Origin: the human T2T-CHM13v2.0 reference genome, Homo sapiens | Length of the DNA stretch: 64,000 bases | Assembly (NCBI RefSeq): GCF_009914755.1 | Contig: NC_060926.1 | Strand: one strand, 5' to 3' | Part shown: positions 58,742 to 64,000 of the stretch, piece by piece | How the letters are laid out: each line of letters starts with the position of its first letter | How positions within the stretch are numbered: the stretch's first letter is position 1 | Position numbers and translations under genes: made by a program | The notes under the pieces: model-generated | Told to the model about the DNA's origin: nothing | The model's input: only the letters and a program-made list of their open reading frames with translations | Databases searched by the model: none

Positions 58742-59776
58742 ACTATAAAGTTAGTCAAGCAAATAATATGAAATAGGCATTTTTCTTTCTCATCATATCT
58801 TTTGTGGGAATGCCACATATTACATCCAGGTTTAAAGTCAGTCTTATCCCTCTTAATTCTTCCTGGGCCAAATGTATAGTTGTACATTGAATGAAGTTCC
58901 TTAACAGAAAATAAACATGTGTGTATTCACATTTGCAAATATCCACACACAAAATTTTTAGGTTTACAAATCCCTCAAGCCAATTTACTGTCCCAGAGGG
59001 ACTATACTGACTTTATACACAGATTATGAATTCCTGTTTTAGACACATAAAATAATATAAATTTATCAATATTATCTATTAGTTCATTACTATTGTTAAC
59101 AATAGTAACACTATTACTGAACTATGAAAATATTTGACTCTTAGTTTGCACAAATTTTTATTAAGTATTTTGGATTGAGATCTTCTGTAAAGAACTGTAG
59201 TCAGTGAAATCATGTAATATATTTTATCCCTTCAAAGATTTTTATCAGTTTGAAAATCTAACATGTATAGAATAATATTTTATACCATTGGAAGTGCGTA
59301 GAATAACTAGAAGATGAATTCAAAAAGGAGTACAAACTTCTACAATCATTATTTCAATATCCTTGTCAAACACTAATTTTATAACAAAAAACTTATTTTC
59401 ATTTTCAAGTGGTGAAAATTTATAACTTCAGGTTATTATAAGAGATCCATAATACTGCAGAAAAATGAAATTAGCATTTCAAGGAAAATGAGTGCCTGCT
59501 AAAACAATTTATTGATTTGGAATTTACCACCAACATGACATAAATTATCATATTTTACTGGCAAGCATATCAGTTCCACCTTACATAGCCATTTTTAAAG
59601 TAATAAAAATACATTTTAAATTGGCTGATATGATGTTTGTAGACCTAAAAAGTGATCAAGAATTATAAATATTGAAATTGGAGCTAATCTTTCACATTTG
59701 AGAATGTCCATGTATGTAAAAGGATTAGGATAATTAGACCAAATTCAGAATCAGAAAAATTCAGTTAAAATCATAC

Positions 59777-59915
59777 CTTGTGAAGAAATGGACTTTCCAT
59801 AGTTCTACAAAGCTGAAAGCAGTGGCATTGTTCAAGAGCACCAATTCTTCTTTCTCCTCTGGATGAGGATGCGGCTTTGTTGATGTCATGTTGGGCTTAA
59901 GCAGGTTATGCATGT
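59777..59915 (-). other. Candidate 139-nt internal exon of an unidentified transcript
   Basis: Acceptor aatgtttgcag| and donor CAAG|GTATGA; one frame is open throughout; unique DNA. No expression evidence. Confidence 0.3.
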
Positions 59916-60180
59916 CTGCAAACATTTCCTATTAAGTGTATAGGTGTATCAGTTATTTGTGTCAGTTCTTCATGATCATGATTATTTAGCTCCAAGTATC
60001 AAAGTTTAAGTGACATACCAAAGGTTAAACTTAATGAGGCTAGCTAGGACTCACCTTGCATTTGTGCTGTCACTGCCAGATGCCACCCCTCCTTAACATC
60101 TCTGAAAGATGCTCTATTGAGAGATGCTGCCTCTGTTCCTGATTTGTGTGGCTATTTCACTTCCAGTAGAGATGTATATA

Positions 60181-60310
60181 TTAGCTTTAAAGGAGAAAAT
60201 ATTATAACTTTATATATGTGGTTGCATATATAATATAATTATATATTATATATTGCATATTACATATGCAACCATTTATAAAGTTATAATACTTTCTCCT
60301 TTAAAGCTAA
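60181..60310. repeat. AT-rich inverted repeat (~55-bp arms)
   Basis: ttagctttaaaggagaaaatattataactttata... pairs with ...tataaagttataatactttctcctttaaagctaa. Confidence 0.95.
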
Positions 60311-63300
60311 ATATTGCATATTATATATGCAAACACATAATCTGCATAATATGCAATATAATATGCAACCACATATGTATACAAACACATATGTATGTGT
60401 ATATATATATGTGTGTATATATCTGTCAATATATTAATTACATTTGGAAAGCGTAGGTATTCCAAATATTGCAAGCATTTTAAAAAAGCATATCTCTTTT
60501 AAAATCTTATGGATAAAATAATTTTGAATTAGAGCCTTTAAAGACTATTTTCACCATAAGATGAGCAATGCTTTTAATTAACCATAATGCTGTTAAAGTT
60601 TTCAAATAATTTCCTTTATGTATGCTAAAGATGCCTCTTGAAATCTTGTATGCTCCAGTGTATTTTAACACTTTTATTTTTTAAAAAGTACAACAGTAAA
60701 CATAAACTCAATCTAGATTAAATCGCAGCAGTTCCAATTTAGGAGAATTGAATTGCTGACTTAAGATACAAATTATTTCCACTATTACAAAAAAAGTTTG
60801 AGAGTATTTATAATTTATACTTCCTTATTTATAGTATTACTTACTATTAGTCACTATAAAATAAAACTACCTGAAAAATATAACAGAACTTGCACATTTC
60901 CAAAAGCACTGGTCCATGTCTAACAGTTACCTTGGAAGCATGCTATCATTGTATAAAAACAATTTTATAGCACTGTTGGGGATTGTTGCTTCCTTTTTAT
61001 GTTTATGATCATAGAGAATCTTTACTATTTAAGAATGAGTTTAAATTTTAGAAACAGTCAAAAATCATTTAGAGCTAATTCTGCTCAATGAAAATTGTAA
61101 TTAAGAAAAACGAAATTGCAGTATTGTTTAAAGAATAGTTTTAAAGATAGCACACCATGAATCTGAAGTCTTTTATGGTGAAAAGACCAATTAAACTCCA
61201 AACAAAACCAGAGCTAAAAGCTCAAGAAAGAATGACAACTAAAAATTTCAAGTTTGGTTGCACTTAAGAATTAGGTACATTTTAGTGTTTTAGATATTTA
61301 GTCAAAGATATTCATCCTTGACTTTTTAAAAATTTAATCCTGCCAGTGCGTTTTTAAAAATTCTTAATATTGTGAAAAATTTAGATTGATACAGGGTCAT
61401 TATATATGGAAAACATTTTGTTTGTCTAAGTGAGCTCAATCTTCGATACGGAATGCTAGGATTTTTTTTTTCCTACTTTGAAAAGTGTGAGCAAGGCAGT
61501 CAGTCACTACATGGTTCAACTTCAGGGACAACAAGGGCCCTGATGCAAACATTCATCCTATTTGCTCTCTAATTTTCCAGAGGAAACCTAAACAATCATG
61601 AACATTTCATCATTTTAGAACCTAAGGTTTTGATCCTGTTTAGCAAACATATCTTTGGAGATGGGACATGCCAGTTTCATCTATTATCAGAGTACACACA
61701 CACACACATATGCAAACATTAACACAAACACACTGGTAAACAGGTTATGTGAATGGAACATCTAAGAAGTGCTTTTGCTGTTCTTGATAAAGAACAAATT
61801 AAAATAAAAATGTTGTGAGAAGAAGTTGATAGTTGGAAAATTTAGCACCATCAAAAGGAGCAAAATGTTATGGGAAGTTGTAAACTTCCATAACAAATAT
61901 TTTTAAAAAATACTTCTCCAAATTAGACTGTATATATCATATCATTACTGTAATTTTAACAATATTTATTTAAAAGAGTATTAAAATACGATCAATAAAT
62001 TTTAGAAAAAGACACAAAAGTTCAACAAAATCTTAAATTATTAAGATGACAGATTGCTCCGAGTAAACACTGGACTTGTCAAAATTTAGTCCATTCATTC
62101 TCCTTGTATCATTTTAAGTGTTTATTTGTAATTTATATTTTTATTATTTAAACTTTCTTCTGAAAAATTAAAATTAACTCTACTTTTTAATCTCTATATT
62201 TTATTTCACAGTATGTTTTAAAGGTTACAGATCTGATAATATTTAGTAATTTAATTTATAAAAGCATTATCATCTGTTTCTAATTATAATTTTTGTGACA
62301 TTCTATTTTATTCAATTCTGTCTTAAATGAGAATTAAAAATATCTTTCTTTTTTCCATTCCTGCCACCTCTGTCTCATATATAAAGGAGTTGTCTTATGT
62401 TTTCTTGGAACAAGAAAAAAATATTTAAATGCCACCTTCCACTTCTATCTGTAACCAAATAACCAGTATCAAACATGCCACAAATAATTTTATATATGGA
62501 CGAAATATTTGAGGCAATTGTTTCTGCCATAGGAAAATAGGTAGCACATACTGTAATATTACAGTATTTATGTGTACAGCCTATTTTTTTGACTTTGCAA
62601 AGAAAAATTTTTGGCACCAAAATGAAATAAATATTATCTTCTGTCAAAGTTTCAAATGGTTAAAAACATTTACATATATCATTCCCTTCAAGCTGATCTT
62701 TATTTTCACGTATCTTCCTTTCTAGCTCCTGCTTAATGATATGAGGAACCTTGGTACTGGTATTTTTATAATTGTGATCAACTATAAAGACTTTGAGATC
62801 ATTGATTGTAAACATTTTAAATTACCATTCTAGCTATAAAATAAGAACATTATAAATCTAGAATGTTTAGTGATTTGTTTATTTACTATTTACTTTTACG
62901 TTTAGAAATAAATGTATTTTAGCTTTTATGCAGAATATAATCTTTAACAATATATTTATATAAAATGAAATTAATCCCATGATGTCTGACATTTTCATGG
63001 AAAGTAAGCCCTGTCTTTTCACCGAGATCATTCATCTCAGTGAGAGTATAAAGATCTACGGCCTTCGTACTTCAAGTGACATGAAAAGATATTTTTATTT
63101 CCCTAGTTTCCCATGGATTATTTATCTTATTTTAACATATTTTTCCCAATTTAACTAAAACCTGATCAATTTGTTAATATTACAAGGCAATTTCTCTTTG
63201 CCATTTTAAAGTCCATTCACAAAAGAGAAAATTCACATCAAAATGACGATGTATACAGGTACTTTCCCTTTAAGCTTATGAATCTGTAATGAACACTTAA

Positions 63301-64000
63301 AGGCAAAATAAAAATGTCAAATGGTATTATTTTAACAAACTAAAATAAAAATTATTTAATTTACATATTTTTGGCATCATTTTATATGCCTTGTGTCTGG
63401 TCTGTACCATATCGGCTAATCTTCAGCATTGTGGAGTGTGGAACTATTACTCAATACATCTGCATTCATCATAAGAAAAAGTTATATGTGCAAATAGAGT
63501 TAATTGGAAGTATTGATAAAGTATGTCATCAAAGTTATCAAAAATAAATTTTTATTACAGTTTTAGAGAGAAGTACATTTTATTTAATGTTAAAATTTTG
63601 AAAATATATAATTACCTCTCAAATAATTAAGTACTTTGAGTAAAGCACCTAACATTATAAATGCTCATCAATAGAGTGTGTGCAATAATTTTCAATGCCC
63701 TAGTAATTTAAAGTATTATTTAGAGCTTCTATACTTATGCATGGAGATTCTAGTTTATAATTAATGATTACATATACTTATATACATACACATTTATGTA
63801 CATATGCATAAACAGATAGAGATGCTTTGTTCTTTTTAGCTCATCTAAACACATTTATCTTCACACATATGTCACTATATGCATATATATATTTCTCTCT
63901 AGTTTGCTGACTGAAGATCTTGGGATGTATAAGTTTCCAAAATTGTGTGAACCAATTCTTTATAATTATTTTTTTTCTATAGATATATACATCTTATTGG

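Overview
AT-rich, CpG-poor primate (human/great-ape type: AluY, L1PA3, THE1A, MADE1 present) genomic DNA. No recognisable protein-coding, RNA-gene or prokaryotic system is present. Roughly half the window is LINE-1 of many ages, and most of the longer ORFs in the track are broken L1 ORF1/ORF2, Alu or MaLR reading frames. Main elements: a full-length but inactivated L1PA3 (minus, 20030-26173) that keeps the ~129-bp ZNF93-binding 5'UTR segment and an open ORF0 frame; an L1PA8-type element (38087-43725) whose target-site duplication encloses ~210 bp of extra sequence plus a second A-tail (3' transduction); three 5'-inverted (twin-primed) L1 insertions, two of them nested; an isolated internal L1 endonuclease fragment lacking tail and TSD; a complete THE1A MaLR element; a MADE1 hairpin; seven Alus; and several fold-back palindromes. 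Good minus-strand splice signals in unique DNA (60055, 59777-59915, 5630) can be joined into a speculative spliced transcript with a 128-aa ORF. Subfamily names come from my recall of consensus sequences and need RepeatMasker/Dfam confirmation. The locus itself was not identified.
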